From assembly GCA_963761215.1 (NCBI GenBank), contig CAVXGF010000005.1:353127-417126 (forward strand): 64,000 bases of DNA. Reading direction: 5' to 3'. The position numbers and the translations under genes were made by a program. Under the pieces are notes generated by a model. The model had not been told where the DNA came from. It saw nothing but the letters and a program-made list of their open reading frames with translations, and made no database searches. Shown here piece by piece: positions 32,321-45,623 of the stretch (position 1 is its first letter; every line of letters begins with the position of its first letter). This DNA comes from an uncultured Solirubrobacterales bacterium (lineage in GTDB: Bacteria > Actinomycetota > Thermoleophilia > Solirubrobacterales > 70-9).

Positions 32321-32845
32321 GTGAGCGTTCGCTCTTCCATAGCCGTTCTCGCCGTGCTGGCGGTGGTCGGCCTGCTCGTCTTCGGCCTCGCCAGCAAGGG
32401 GTCCTCGGGGCTCGCGGTCGGCGAAGCTGCCCCCTCCTCTCCCCTGCCCCGGCTCGAAGGCGGCGGCGAGGAATCGCTGGCCGAATACCGCGGCCGCTGG
32501 GTCCTGGTCAACTTCTGGGCCTCGTGGTGCGTGCCCTGCCGGGCGGAGGCGCCCGAGCTCGAGCGCTTCCAGCGCCGCCACGGCGGGGCCGACTTCACCG
32601 TGCTCGGGATCGACAGCCGCGACCTCAGCGGCGACGGCCGGGAGTTCGTGCGCCGCTACGGGCTCAGCTATCCGCAGCTGCGCGACGGCAACGGCGACGC
32701 GGCGCACGCCTACGGCACGACCGGCGTGCCCGAGAACTTCCTCGTCGACCCGCGCGGCAAGGTGCGGCTGCTGCTGCGCGGGCCGGTCACCGGCGAGTAC
32801 CTGCGTGAAGCGGTCGCCCCGATGCTCCCGGCGAGCCCCTCGTGA
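32321..32845 (+). CDS. ccmG: thiol:disulfide oxidoreductase, TlpA/ResA/CcmG (DsbE) family
   Basis: Membrane anchor plus thioredoxin fold, with VLVNFWASWCVPCRAEAPEL and GVPENFLVDPRGKV. GTGA overlap with ccmH. Confidence 0.8.
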   Translation: MSVRSSIAVLAVLAVVGLLVFGLASKGSSGLAVGEAAPSSPLPRLEGGGEESLAEYRGRWVLVNFWASWCVPCRAEAPELERFQRRHGGADFTVLGIDSRDLSGDGREFVRRYGLSYPQLRDGNGDAAHAYGTTGVPENFLVDPRGKVRLLLRGPVTGEYLREAVAPMLPASPS

Positions 32846-33325
32846 GCGCGCGCGCCGGCACCCTCGCAGCCGCGCTCGCGGCGCTCGCCGTGCTCGGGGC
32901 GCTCGCCGTGCCCGCGCTCGCCGCCCAGCCGCGGGCCTCGGCCAGCGCGATCGAAGCGGAAGTGATGTGCCCGGTCTGCGGCACGCTGCTCGAGCTCGCC
33001 GAATCGCCGCAGGCGCTGCGCGAGAAAGCGTTCGTCAAGCGGCTGGTCGAGGAAGGGAAGACCGCGGCCCAGGTCAAGGACGCGCTCGTCGCCGAGTACG
33101 GCTCCGCGGTGCTGGCGCTGCCGCGCGGCTCGGGCTTCGACCTCTCCGCCTACGTGGTCCCGATCGTCGCCTTCCTGCTCGCCGCGGTCGCCCTGGCGCT
33201 CGGGGTGGTGCGCTGGCGGCGCTCGGGGGGCGGTGGCGGCCCCGGCGGACGGGCCGCCGGGGCGGGGGCCGAGCCGGGAGCAGAGCGAGCGCCTCGACGC
33301 CGACCTCGCCCGCTACGACCTCTGA
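32842..33325 (+). CDS. ccmH: cytochrome c-type biogenesis protein CcmH/NrfF family; one frame change near 33270
   Basis: Signal peptide, then EVMCPVCGTLLELAESPQALREKAFVKRLVEEGKTAAQVKDALVAEYGSAVLALP, a TM helix, and a tail ending ...EQSERLDADLARYDL at TGA 33323-33325. Confidence 0.75.
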
Positions 33326-33346
33326 GCGCGGGGGCGAGCGCCCGGC

Positions 33347-34027
33347 CTACTCGCCGACGACCACGGCCCCGAGCTGCTCGACCGGGAGGCGGCGCAGCCG
33401 CGCGCGCAGGGCGCGGCGCTCGCGGCCGGCGCGCTGGGCCGGCGAGATCCCGGCGAGCAGGCAGTCGGCGCGCTCGGCGACCGCGGCGGTCCCCTCCGGC
33501 GACTGTTCGAGCGAGGGCGCGAGGACGACCACCCGGTCGTAGGCGTGGGCGAGCTTCTCGCAGACGTGGCGGAAGCTCTGCAGCCCGAAGAGGATCGCCG
33601 GGTCGGGCGCCGGCCGGCCGGCGACGACGCAGGCGAGCGGGTGCTCGGCGGCGCGCGCGGCCGGGCCGGCGAGGGTCAGCGGCTGCAGGATCTCGGCCGG
33701 CGTCGCCTCCCAGCGCAGGTACTCGTGCAACCCCGGCGCCTCGCGCAGCCCCAGCTCGGTGGCCAGGCGGGGGGCGAGCAGGTCGCACTCCAGCAGCGCC
33801 ACGCGCAGGCCCGAGCCGGCGCCCGTCGCCGCCAGGGCGAGCGCCAGAGCCCTGCCCCGGTCCCCCTCGCCGCTGACCAGCACGGTGCGGCGCTCGCCGA
33901 GCCGCTCGCGCACCGGGGCGAGATGCTCGAGGTCCTCGCGCCGCAGCGACCAGACCCGGTCCCCGCCGTCGACGGCAGCAGCCGAGAGCGTGGCGAGGAC
34001 GGGCAGCTTGCGGCGCCCGCCCCGCAT
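33347..34027 (-). CDS. BY-kinase/MinD-fold P-loop NTPase homologue with degenerate Walker motifs
   Basis: From ATG 34027 (TGATG junction with argS). RTVLVSGEGDRGRALALALAATG occupies the place of Walker A (GxxGxGKS/T). LLECDL and VVVLAPS occupy the places of Walker A' and B. The overall order matches CapB/CpsD-type domains. Confidence 0.55.
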   Translation of the reverse strand: MRGGRRKLPVLATLSAAAVDGGDRVWSLRREDLEHLAPVRERLGERRTVLVSGEGDRGRALALALAATGAGSGLRVALLECDLLAPRLATELGLREAPGLHEYLRWEATPAEILQPLTLAGPAARAAEHPLACVVAGRPAPDPAILFGLQSFRHVCEKLAHAYDRVVVLAPSLEQSPEGTAAVAERADCLLAGISPAQRAGRERRALRARLRRLPVEQLGAVVVGE

Positions 34028-35678
34028 CACATCCGCTCGGGCGCGGAGATGCCGAGCAGCCCGAGCGTCTCGGCGATCGTCCGCTTGCTCGCCAGGCAGA
34101 GCGCCAGGCGCGAAGCGCTCGACCCCCTCTCCCTCGGCACCGAGCACCTGGCAGTCGCGGTAGAAGGCGTGGAAGTCGGCGGCGACCGCGGTCGAGTAGG
34201 CGCAGATCCGGTGCGGCGCCCGCCGGGCGGCCGAGTCGCGAACCTCGCCGGGGTACTCGAGCAGCCGCTTGACCAGCGCCTTCTCGCTCGGCTCGAGCGG
34301 CGTGGCGCGCTCGGGCCCCGGCTCCGCGCGCGCGGCGCCGTCGGCCGCCGGGCCGGCTTTGCGCAGGATGCTGGCGATGCGGGCGTGCGCGTACTGGACG
34401 TAGTAGACGGGGTTGTCGCTCGACTGGCTGCGGGCCAGCTCGACGTCGAGGTCGACGGAGGTCTCGTGGCTGCGCCAGAGCATGAACCAGCGGGTCGCGT
34501 CGACGCCGATGTCGTCGAGCAGTTCGTCGAGGGAGACGAAGTCGCCGCTGCGCTTGGACATCTGCGCCCGCTCGCCCTCCTCGACCACGTGCACGAGGTT
34601 CAGGATCACCGCCTCGAAGGCGCCCGGTGCGCCGCCGAGCGCCTCGATCGCGGCGCGGATGCGGCCGGTGTAGCCGTGGTGGTCGGCGCCGAGCACGTCG
34701 ATCAGGCGCCCGAAGCCGCGCTGCAGCTTGTCCCAGTGGTAGGCGAGGTCGGCGGTGAGGTAGGTCGGTTCCCCGTTGGAGCGGATCAGGACCCGGTCCT
34801 TGTCGTCGCCGAAGCTGGTCGTGCGCAGCCAGAGGGCGTCTTCGGAGCGGTAGGTGTGGCCGTCGCGCTCGAGCTGGGCGAGCGCGGTCTCGACCTCGCC
34901 GCGGGCGTAGAGGTCGCGCTCGTGAGAACCAGGTGTCGAACCGCACCCCGAAGCGCTCGAGCGTCGCCTTCACGCCCTCGAGCACGATCTCGATCCCGCG
35001 CAGGCCGAGCGCCTCGCGGTCGTCCGGATGGAGCCCCTCGGCCTGGGCCCGGTCGGCGATCTCCTGCACGTAGGAGCCCTCATAGCCCTCCTCGGGCACC
35101 TCCTCCCCCGCGATCCGCGCGGCGATCGAGTCGGCGAAGCGCGCGACCTGGGCGCCGGCGTCGTTGACGTAGTACTCGCGCTCGACCGCGTGGCCGACAG
35201 CCTCCAGGAGGCGGGCGACGGCGTCGCCGAAGGCGGCGCCGCGGCCGCCGCCGACGTGCAGCGGCCCGGTCGGGTTGGCGGAGACGAACTCGACCAGGAC
35301 GCGCTCGGGCGAGTCGGTCGGGGCCGGGCCGAGGCGCTCGGCGGCGAGCAGCGAGGCGAGCGCCCGCCGGTACCAGGCGTCGGCGAGGAAGAGGTTGACG
35401 AAGCCCGGGCCGGCGACCTCGATCCGGTCGAGCTCGCCGGCGGGGCCGAGGCTCTGCTCGAGCTCGGCGCGCAGCCGCTCGGCGACCGCGCGCGGCTCCT
35501 CCCCGAGCGGCCCAGCCAGCAGCATCGCCGCGTTGGAGCTGTAGTCGCCGAGCTCGGGCTTGGGCGGCCGGTCGAGCGAGGGCTCGGGTCGGGTCGCCTC
35601 GCCCCCGCGCAGGGCGCGGGCGGCGCCCTGGACCGCGCCCCGAAGCTCGGCGACCGAGTCGGTGGCGCTGGCGCTCAT
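34027..35678 (-). CDS. argS: arginine--tRNA ligase; at least two frame changes (near 34925 and 34110)
   Basis: ATG 35678, MSASATDS.... VEFVSANPTGPLHVGGGRGAAFGD is the HIGH-region equivalent. Also DKDRVLIRSNGEPTYLTADLAYH, GADHHGY, MSKRSG and the DALR tail ...PHRICAYSTAVAADFHAFYRDC, ending ...ETLGLLGISAPERM. Confidence 0.9.
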
Positions 35679-35744
35679 CTTCTTCCCTCGAGCTTCGCCC
35701 CCAGGACGGCGAGCCGGATATGGATGCCTGGTCGCTCCGCGCTC

Positions 35745-36536
35745 ATGGTTCTCATCGTATGGACCGCGCCCGTCCCTCAGTACGCTGGCCGCTTGCGACT
35801 GGCCGTGATCAGCGACATCCACTCCAACCTGCAGGCGCTCGAGGCCGTGCTGGAGGCGATCGAGGCGAGCGAGGCCGAGGAGATCTGGTGCCTCGGCGAC
35901 CTGGTCGGCTACGGCGCCGCGCCCGACGCCTGCACGGCGCTCGCCCGCGAGCGCTGCGCGGTGTCCCTCGTCGGCAACCACGACCTCGCGGTGTTGGGGG
36001 CGCTCGACGTCTCGGCCTTCTCGGAGACCGCGAAGGCCGCGGTGCAGTGGACCCGGGAGGTCGCCGACCGCCGCACGCTCGAGTTCCTCGGCGAGCTGGA
36101 GCCGGCGCTCTCCCACGAGGGCTTCGGCCTCTTCCACGCCTCCCCGCGCGACCCCGTCTGGGAGTACGTGCTCTCGCTCGACCAGGCCGAAGCCGGCCTC
36201 GACGCGCAGTCCGAGCGGGTCGGGCTGATCGGCCACTCCCACGTCGCCCTCTTCTTCACGCGGCCCAGGGAAGGCACCAGGCCGGGCTACGCGACCGGGG
36301 CCCAGGCGGGCGAGGGGGCCGAGCTGGAGATCGGCGAGGGGGACTGGCTGCTCAACCCCGGCAGCGTCGGCCAGCCCCGCGACGGCGATCCCCGCGCCGC
36401 CTGGCTCGAGCTCGACACCGAGCGCTGGGCGGTGCGCTTCCACCGCACCCCCTACGATGTCGGAGCGGCGGCATCGGCGATCCGACAGGCCGGCCTTCCG
36501 GCCTCCCTCGCCGAACGTCTCTCCGTCGGTCGATGA
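35745..36536 (+). CDS. metallophosphoesterase (YfcE/MJ0936-type calcineurin-like phosphoesterase)
   Basis: RLAVISDIHSN, WCLGDLVGYG, LVGNHD, GHSH and NPGSVGQPRDGD. The start is uncertain (35724, 35745 or an internal TTG). Confidence 0.75.
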   Translation: MVLIVWTAPVPQYAGRLRLAVISDIHSNLQALEAVLEAIEASEAEEIWCLGDLVGYGAAPDACTALARERCAVSLVGNHDLAVLGALDVSAFSETAKAAVQWTREVADRRTLEFLGELEPALSHEGFGLFHASPRDPVWEYVLSLDQAEAGLDAQSERVGLIGHSHVALFFTRPREGTRPGYATGAQAGEGAELEIGEGDWLLNPGSVGQPRDGDPRAAWLELDTERWAVRFHRTPYDVGAAASAIRQAGLPASLAERLSVGR

Positions 36537-36657
36537 GCGCGGAGCGAGCAGGTGCGCGGCTTTTGCCAGGCGCCCCGCGAGCGAAGCGCGAAATACTCGT
36601 GACAAGCGCAAATGCAGGGTAAATACCCCTCCCAAGGTGTTCTCTAGACTCGCGAGC

Positions 36658-37194
36658 ATGCGCCTCCGGAGCCCTCACCTGCTCATTTTCGCCCTCGTTG
36701 CGGTCCTCGCGACCGGCCTCTCGGCCTGCGGCTCCGGCGGCGGCGCCAACCTGCTGCCGGGCACGACCGCGAGTCAGATCAACTCCAACCTCGACGAAGT
36801 GCAGCAGCTCGTCGCCGAAGGCGAATGCGTCGGCGCGCGCAACGCCGCCGACCAGGTCACCGCCCAGGTCGACGAAATCGGAGGCATCGACGCGAAGCTC
36901 AAGCAGCTGCTGGTCGAAGGCGCCCAGCGGCTCGAAGAAGTCCTCGCCCACTGCGAAGAAAGCGAAGCGACGAGCACCGAAACGAGCGAAGAAGAAGAAC
37001 TCGAACCGGAAGAAGACGAAAAGGCGCCCAAGCACGAAAAGACGGAAAAGACCAAGCCGCAGAAGGAAACCGGCCCGCCGGCCGAACCGCCCGAACCGCC
37101 CGGCCAGGAAGAAGAAGGCGAAGGCGGGGGCGCGTCCGAAGGGGGCGGCACGCCGTCGGGCGGGGTCGGCCCGGGACAGGAACTGGAAGGCTGA
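36658..37194 (+). CDS. lipoprotein with a low-complexity acidic/Pro-rich C-terminal half (hypothetical)
   Basis: MRLRSPHLLIFALVAVLATGLSACGSGGG lipobox, a helical segment with two Cys, then EESEATSTETSEEEELEPEEDEKAPKHEK... Confidence 0.6.
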   Translation: MRLRSPHLLIFALVAVLATGLSACGSGGGANLLPGTTASQINSNLDEVQQLVAEGECVGARNAADQVTAQVDEIGGIDAKLKQLLVEGAQRLEEVLAHCEESEATSTETSEEEELEPEEDEKAPKHEKTEKTKPQKETGPPAEPPEPPGQEEEGEGGGASEGGGTPSGGVGPGQELEG

Positions 37195-38423
37195 TGGAGG
37201 CCGGGACCCTCTCGGGGCGCTACGAAATCGGCGAGCGGCTCGGCTCGGGCGGGATGTCGAACGTCTACCGGGCGACCGACCGCATCCTCGAGCGCACGGT
37301 CGCGGTGAAGATCCTCGCCGAGCACCTCTCCGACGACGAGCGCTTCGTCGCCCGCTTCCGCCGCGAGGCGCTGGCGGTGGCGAAGCTGATCCACCCCAAC
37401 ATCGTCCAGGTCTACGACACCGGCGTCGACGACGGCCGCCACTACATCGTCATGGAGTACGTCGAGGGGCGCTCGGGAGCGCAGATCCTGCAGCGGCAGG
37501 GCCCGGTCGCGGCCGAGGTCGCGGCCGAGATCGGGATCCAGGCCTGCGCCGGCCTCGACTACGCCCACCGCCGCGGGATCATCCACCGCGACGTCAAGCC
37601 GGGCAACCTGATGATCGTCGGCGGCCCGGTCGGCGGCGCCGCCGAGATGACCGTGAAGCTGACCGATTTCGGGATCGCCCGTGCGATCGAGCAGACCCGG
37701 ATCACCCAGGTCGGCTCGGTGGTGGGAACCGCCGCCTACCTGGCGCCCGAGCAGGTGCGCGGCGAGGAGGCGACGCCGGCGACCGACGTCTATGCGCTCG
37801 GCGTCGTCCTCTACCAGTTCCTCACCGGTCGGCTGCCGTATGAGGGCTCCTCGCTTGCCGAGCTGGCGGTGCGCCAGCAGAACGAGAAGCCGCTGCCGCC
37901 GAGCACCTACAACGACGAGGTGCCCGAGTCGCTGGGCGGCGCCGTCCAGCGCGCGCTGGAGGGCGACCCCAACCGCCGCTACGCGAGTGCCGACGAGCTC
38001 TCCGCCGGCCTGCACCGCGGCCTCGAAGGCGAGGACGTGACGCTGCCCGCCGAGGAAGGCGCGACGCCGACGCGGGTGCTCGGCTCGGACACCGCCGCGA
38101 CCCGCCAGCTCGGTCGCGACACCGCCCAGAGCGAGTACCGGCCGGTGCGCTCGCCGACGCGGCGCCCCGAGCCGCGCGTCGCCCCGCCCCCGCCGGCCGC
38201 GGCCCCGCGCGCGGCGAGGCCGCCCAAGCGCTCGCCCTTCTCGCGCTTCGTCCGCTTCGTGCTCGCCCTCTTGGCGCTGGTCCTGGTCGCCGCCGCGGTC
38301 GCCACCGCGGTGATCATCACCACCGACAAGGCGGCCGGGGTGAAGGTGACCAAGGTCGCCGGCGACACGGTCGACAAGGTCGTCGAAGAGTTCAAGTCCC
38401 TGGTCAACAAGAACACGGAATAG
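37194..38423 (+). CDS. Ser/Thr protein kinase (Hanks type), single TM helix, ~35-aa extracellular tail
   Basis: Intact ORF: GSGGMSNVY, AVKIL, HRDVKPGNLM, DFGIA, GTAAYLAPE, then a Pro-rich linker and TM FVLALLALVLVAAAVATAVII. TGATG junction with the lipoprotein gene. Confidence 0.9.
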   Translation: MEAGTLSGRYEIGERLGSGGMSNVYRATDRILERTVAVKILAEHLSDDERFVARFRREALAVAKLIHPNIVQVYDTGVDDGRHYIVMEYVEGRSGAQILQRQGPVAAEVAAEIGIQACAGLDYAHRRGIIHRDVKPGNLMIVGGPVGGAAEMTVKLTDFGIARAIEQTRITQVGSVVGTAAYLAPEQVRGEEATPATDVYALGVVLYQFLTGRLPYEGSSLAELAVRQQNEKPLPPSTYNDEVPESLGGAVQRALEGDPNRRYASADELSAGLHRGLEGEDVTLPAEEGATPTRVLGSDTAATRQLGRDTAQSEYRPVRSPTRRPEPRVAPPPPAAAPRAARPPKRSPFSRFVRFVLALLALVLVAAAVATAVIITTDKAAGVKVTKVAGDTVDKVVEEFKSLVNKNTE

Positions 38424-38435
38424 GGGATGCTCGCC

Positions 38436-38473
38436 TGTCGACTTCCTCCCCCGCGTGGGGGACGAACTCGACA
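38436..38473. terminator. bidirectional hairpin between the convergent kinase and tgt genes
   Basis: 17-nt arms tgtcgacttcctccccc / gggggacgaactcgaca (15/17 paired), loop gcgt. No U tract. Confidence 0.5.
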
Positions 38474-38487
38474 GACCGCGGGCGGGT

Positions 38488-39684
38488 CTAGGCGTGCCAG
38501 GGTGCGCGGCCCCCGAGGATCGCGCTCCGGTAGGCCTCGAAGCGGCCGGCGAGGATCGCGGCGCGGGCGCGCTCGGTCAGCTCGCGCATGTAGGTGAGGT
38601 TGTGCAGGACCAGCAGCCGCACCGCGGTCAGCTCCTCGGCGCGTGAGAGGTAGCTCAGGTAGTCGCGGTCGTGGCGCCTGCAGGCGGGGCAGGGGCAGCC
38701 CTCGACCAGCGGGCGGCGATCGCCCTCGAACCCGGCCTTGCGCAGGTCCAGGCGCCAGCGCCGCTCGGGGTCGGGCGCGAGCGCGACGCCGTGGCGCGCC
38801 AGCCGGGTCGGGACGACGCAGTCGAAGACGTCGAGCCCGAGCGCGACGCCGCCGAGCAGATCGTCGACCTCGCCGATCCCGAGCAGGTGCTTGGGCGCGG
38901 CGGCGGGGAGCAGCGGTGCGGTGAGCGCGAGCACGCCGGCCATCTCCTCCTTGTCGCGGCCGAGCGTGCCGCCGATCGCGATCCCGTCGACCGGGGCGGC
39001 CGCGACCCGCTCGGCCGCCTCGCGTCGCAGGTCCTCGTGCGTGCCGCCCTGGACGATCCCGAACACCGCCTGGCGCTCGGGCCCCTCGCGCTCGTGCCAG
39101 GCCAGGCAGCGGTCGAGCCAGCGATGGGTGCGCTCGGTGGCGCGCGCGGTGTACTCGCGATCGGCGTGGTAGGGCGTGCACTCGTCGAAGGCGAGGGCGA
39201 TGTCGGAGCCGAGCGCGGACTGGACCCGCATCGAGACCTCGGGCGAGATGAAGAGCTCGGCACCGTCGCGGTAGGAGCGGAAGCGCGCGCCCTCCTCGCT
39301 CAGCACGACCTCCGAGCGCTCGCCGGTGCGGCCGCTGCCCTTGATCTCGTCGGCGACGCCGCCGTGGGCGAGCGAGAAGACCTGGAAGCCGCCGGAGTCG
39401 GTGATCACGGCCCGCTCCCAACCCATGAACCCGTGCAGCCCGCCGGCGGCGGCGATCCGCTCCGGGCCCGGGGAGACGAAGAGGTGGTAGGTGTTGCCGA
39501 GAATCAGCTGGTAGCCGAGCGCCGCCACCTCCGCGGCCTCCAGCCCGCGCACCGACCCTTTCGTCGCCAGCGGGATGAAGGCCGGCGTCTGGATCGGCCC
39601 GTGCGCCGTGTGGATGACGCCCGCACGGGCCTCCCCGTCGCGGGCGTCGATCTCGAATCTCAGTCGCTGCGGATCCTCGCGCAC
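38488..39684 (-). CDS. tgt: tRNA-guanine transglycosylase (queuine tRNA-ribosyltransferase)
   Basis: Intact 398 aa: TPAFIPLATKGSV, LGNTYHL, ITDSGGFQVFSL, FDECTP, GGTLGRDKEEM, and the zinc site CPCPACRRH. Confidence 0.9.
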   Translation of the reverse strand: MREDPQRLRFEIDARDGEARAGVIHTAHGPIQTPAFIPLATKGSVRGLEAAEVAALGYQLILGNTYHLFVSPGPERIAAAGGLHGFMGWERAVITDSGGFQVFSLAHGGVADEIKGSGRTGERSEVVLSEEGARFRSYRDGAELFISPEVSMRVQSALGSDIALAFDECTPYHADREYTARATERTHRWLDRCLAWHEREGPERQAVFGIVQGGTHEDLRREAAERVAAAPVDGIAIGGTLGRDKEEMAGVLALTAPLLPAAAPKHLLGIGEVDDLLGGVALGLDVFDCVVPTRLARHGVALAPDPERRWRLDLRKAGFEGDRRPLVEGCPCPACRRHDRDYLSYLSRAEELTAVRLLVLHNLTYMRELTERARAAILAGRFEAYRSAILGGRAPWHA

Positions 39685-39717
39685 GCCCGCAGCGTATGTG
39701 GGTCGGCCATGCGCGGC

Positions 39718-40569
39718 TCAGCTCGTCGCGCGGAGGAGGGTCACGACCGTCGCCGGAAAGAGCCCGACCGCGTAGACGTTCCTGCCGTCAGGCCTCACCT
39801 CGACCTGGAAGGTTCTGGAGGTCGAGGCCCTGACGCAACCGGCGTGCGCCCGGTCCCGCATGACGCAACCCCCGCTGCCCGGCTGGCGGCGGAGCACGCC
39901 CGTCGCCGGGTCGCGGTCGAAGACGACGACGCTCTCCGGCCCGGAGTTGCCGACGTAGACGTTGCCGCCGTCGGGGCTGACGACGACGCTGATGTCCGCA
40001 GTCACGGCCGCCAGGCCCCGGGCCTCCGTGCATCCACCCCTGGCGCCGGACGAAATGCATCCCGCGGCGCCCTGTCGCTCGACCAGCGTCCCCGTCCCGG
40101 GGTCGCGATCGAAGGTCAACAGCCGCTTCTCGTCGGTGTAGACGTAGACGTTCTTGCCGTCGGGGCTGACCGCGATCCCGGTCGCCTCCTCGATCCCTCG
40201 CGCCCGTCCGCAGTGGTTTGGCCCCGGCTTCGTCACCAGGCATCCCTTGCTCCCGCCCTGCTGTCGCAAGGCTCCCGTCGCCGGGTTGCGGCGCATGACC
40301 GCGACGGAGTCGCCCGGGTAGTCGACGACGTAGAGGTTCTTCCCGTCCGGGCTCATCACGGAGGGGGCACCGCCGACGCCCCTGCCGTACTGGCACGAGC
40401 CGAGGTGGGCTTTGTCGTTGGAAAGGCAGGAACCTCGGCCCTTCGCCGACGAAAGCGTGCCGATCGCCGCTGCGGTGCCGACCAGCGTCAGCGACAGCGC
40501 GGCGGGGAGGCTCGTCATGACGACGATCGCGCAAGCCCTGCGGGATTGCCTACTGCGGTTGGTGTTCAT
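39718..40569 (-). CDS. secreted YVTN/lactonase-type beta-propeller repeat protein
   Basis: Signal peptide, then repeated units SPDGKN(L/V)YV......V.V(F/M).R(D/N)P.TG.L......G.GC. Confidence 0.65.
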   Translation of the reverse strand: MNTNRSRQSRRACAIVVMTSLPAALSLTLVGTAAAIGTLSSAKGRGSCLSNDKAHLGSCQYGRGVGGAPSVMSPDGKNLYVVDYPGDSVAVMRRNPATGALRQQGGSKGCLVTKPGPNHCGRARGIEEATGIAVSPDGKNVYVYTDEKRLLTFDRDPGTGTLVERQGAAGCISSGARGGCTEARGLAAVTADISVVVSPDGGNVYVGNSGPESVVVFDRDPATGVLRRQPGSGGCVMRDRAHAGCVRASTSRTFQVEVRPDGRNVYAVGLFPATVVTLLRATS

Positions 40570-40607
40570 GCCCCCTGTTGGCCGGGGCCTGCGATTCGGT
40601 TCGCGCG

Positions 40608-42887
<2,280 letters not shown>

Positions 42888-42895
<8 letters not shown>

Positions 42896-44099
42896 CCGCT
42901 TCCTCCGCGTCGAGCAGGGCCTCGACGCCCGGCAGCTTCTTGCCCTCCAACAGCTCCAAGGATGCTCCTCCTCCGGTCGAGAGCCAGTCGACCTCGTCGT
43001 CGAGGCCGAATTTGCGCAGCGCCGCGACCGAGTCGCCGCCGCCGACCACCGTCGTCGCCGGGCGCCTTCGCGACCGCCTCGGCGACGGCCCTCGTGCCCG
43101 GCCGCGAAGGGCTCCAGCTCGAAGGCCCCCATCGGGCCGTTCCAGAGCACGGTGCCGGCCGCGGCGATCGCCTCGGCGTAAGCGCGCGGCGGTGCGCGGG
43201 CCGACGTCGAGGCCCATCCAGCCGTCGGGAACCTCGACGCCGTCGGACTCGCGGCGCTCGGTCGCGGCGTCGAACTCGCGCCGAGCACGAGGTCGACCGG
43301 CAGCGTCAGCTCGCAGCTGGAGTCGCGCGCCCGCTCGAGCGCCTGGGCGGCCAGCTCGACGCCCTCCTCCTCGACCAGCGAGTCGCCGGTCGGCGATCCC
43401 CTGGGCGCGGAAGAAGCTGAAGCACATCGCGCCGCCGATCAGGATCCGGTCGGCGAGCTCGAGGAAGCGGTCGATCACGCCGATCTTGTCGGAGACCTTG
43501 GCGCCGCCGAGGACGACGACGAGCGGCCGCTCGGGGCGATTCGACGACCCGGCTCAGCTCCCGCACCTCGCGCTCCAGCAGGAGCCCGGCGTAGGCGGGC
43601 AGGTGGTGGGCGACGCCCTCGGTGCTGGCGTGGGCGCGGTGGGCGGCGCCGAAGGCGTCGTTGACGTAGAGGTCGGCGAGCGTGGCGAGGCTTTCGGCCA
43701 GCGCCGGGTCGTTCTCGGTCTCACCCGGCTCGAAGCGGGTGTTCTCGAGCAGCAGCACGTCGCCCGGGCCCGAGCGCGCCGCAGGCGAGGTCGACGTCGC
43801 CCTCGATCACGCCCGGCGCCACGGTCGACCTCGGCGCCGAGCAGCTCCGCGAGGCGCTCGGCGACCGGCTTCATCGAGAGCGCCGGGTCGAACCTGCCTT
43901 CGGGGCGGCCGAGGTGGGAGGCGAGGACGAGCGCGGCGCCGCGCTCGCGCAGCAGCTCGATCGTCGGCAGCGCCGCCCGGATCCGCGTGTCGTCTGCGAC
44001 CTCGCCGTCGGCCAGCGGGACGTTGAAGTCGACGCGGACCAGCACCCGCCGGCCCTTGACCGCGGCGTCGCGGACGCTCGCCTTGCGGAAGCCCGACAT
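42888..44099 (-). CDS. pgk: phosphoglycerate kinase; several frame changes
   Basis: [57 protein letters not shown] and [10 protein letters not shown]...[18 protein letters not shown]. 8-nt overlap with tpiA. Confidence 0.85.
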
Positions 44100-44101
44100 C
44101 A

Positions 44102-45542
<1,441 letters not shown>

Positions 45543-45623
45543 TGAGTCAGAGAGGCTATAGGAGCTCTGTCCGGAACGGCCACCTCCGAGCGCGCTGCGA
45601 TCCCAGTCCGCACCGTTGGCGTC

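Noticed and set aside
33150-36659. Very long ORFs in the six-frame track: 33150-36659 (1169 aa), 3939-6629 (896 aa), 59161-61533 (790 aa), 61160-63310 (716 aa), 1843-3198, 2997-4793, 48289-50205 and others.
   Set aside because: They are antisense or out of frame relative to genes with clear family motifs. Their translations are Arg/Pro/Ala/Gly low-complexity strings typical of stop-codon-poor off-frames in ~70% GC DNA. Only the sub-segments that match real genes were used.
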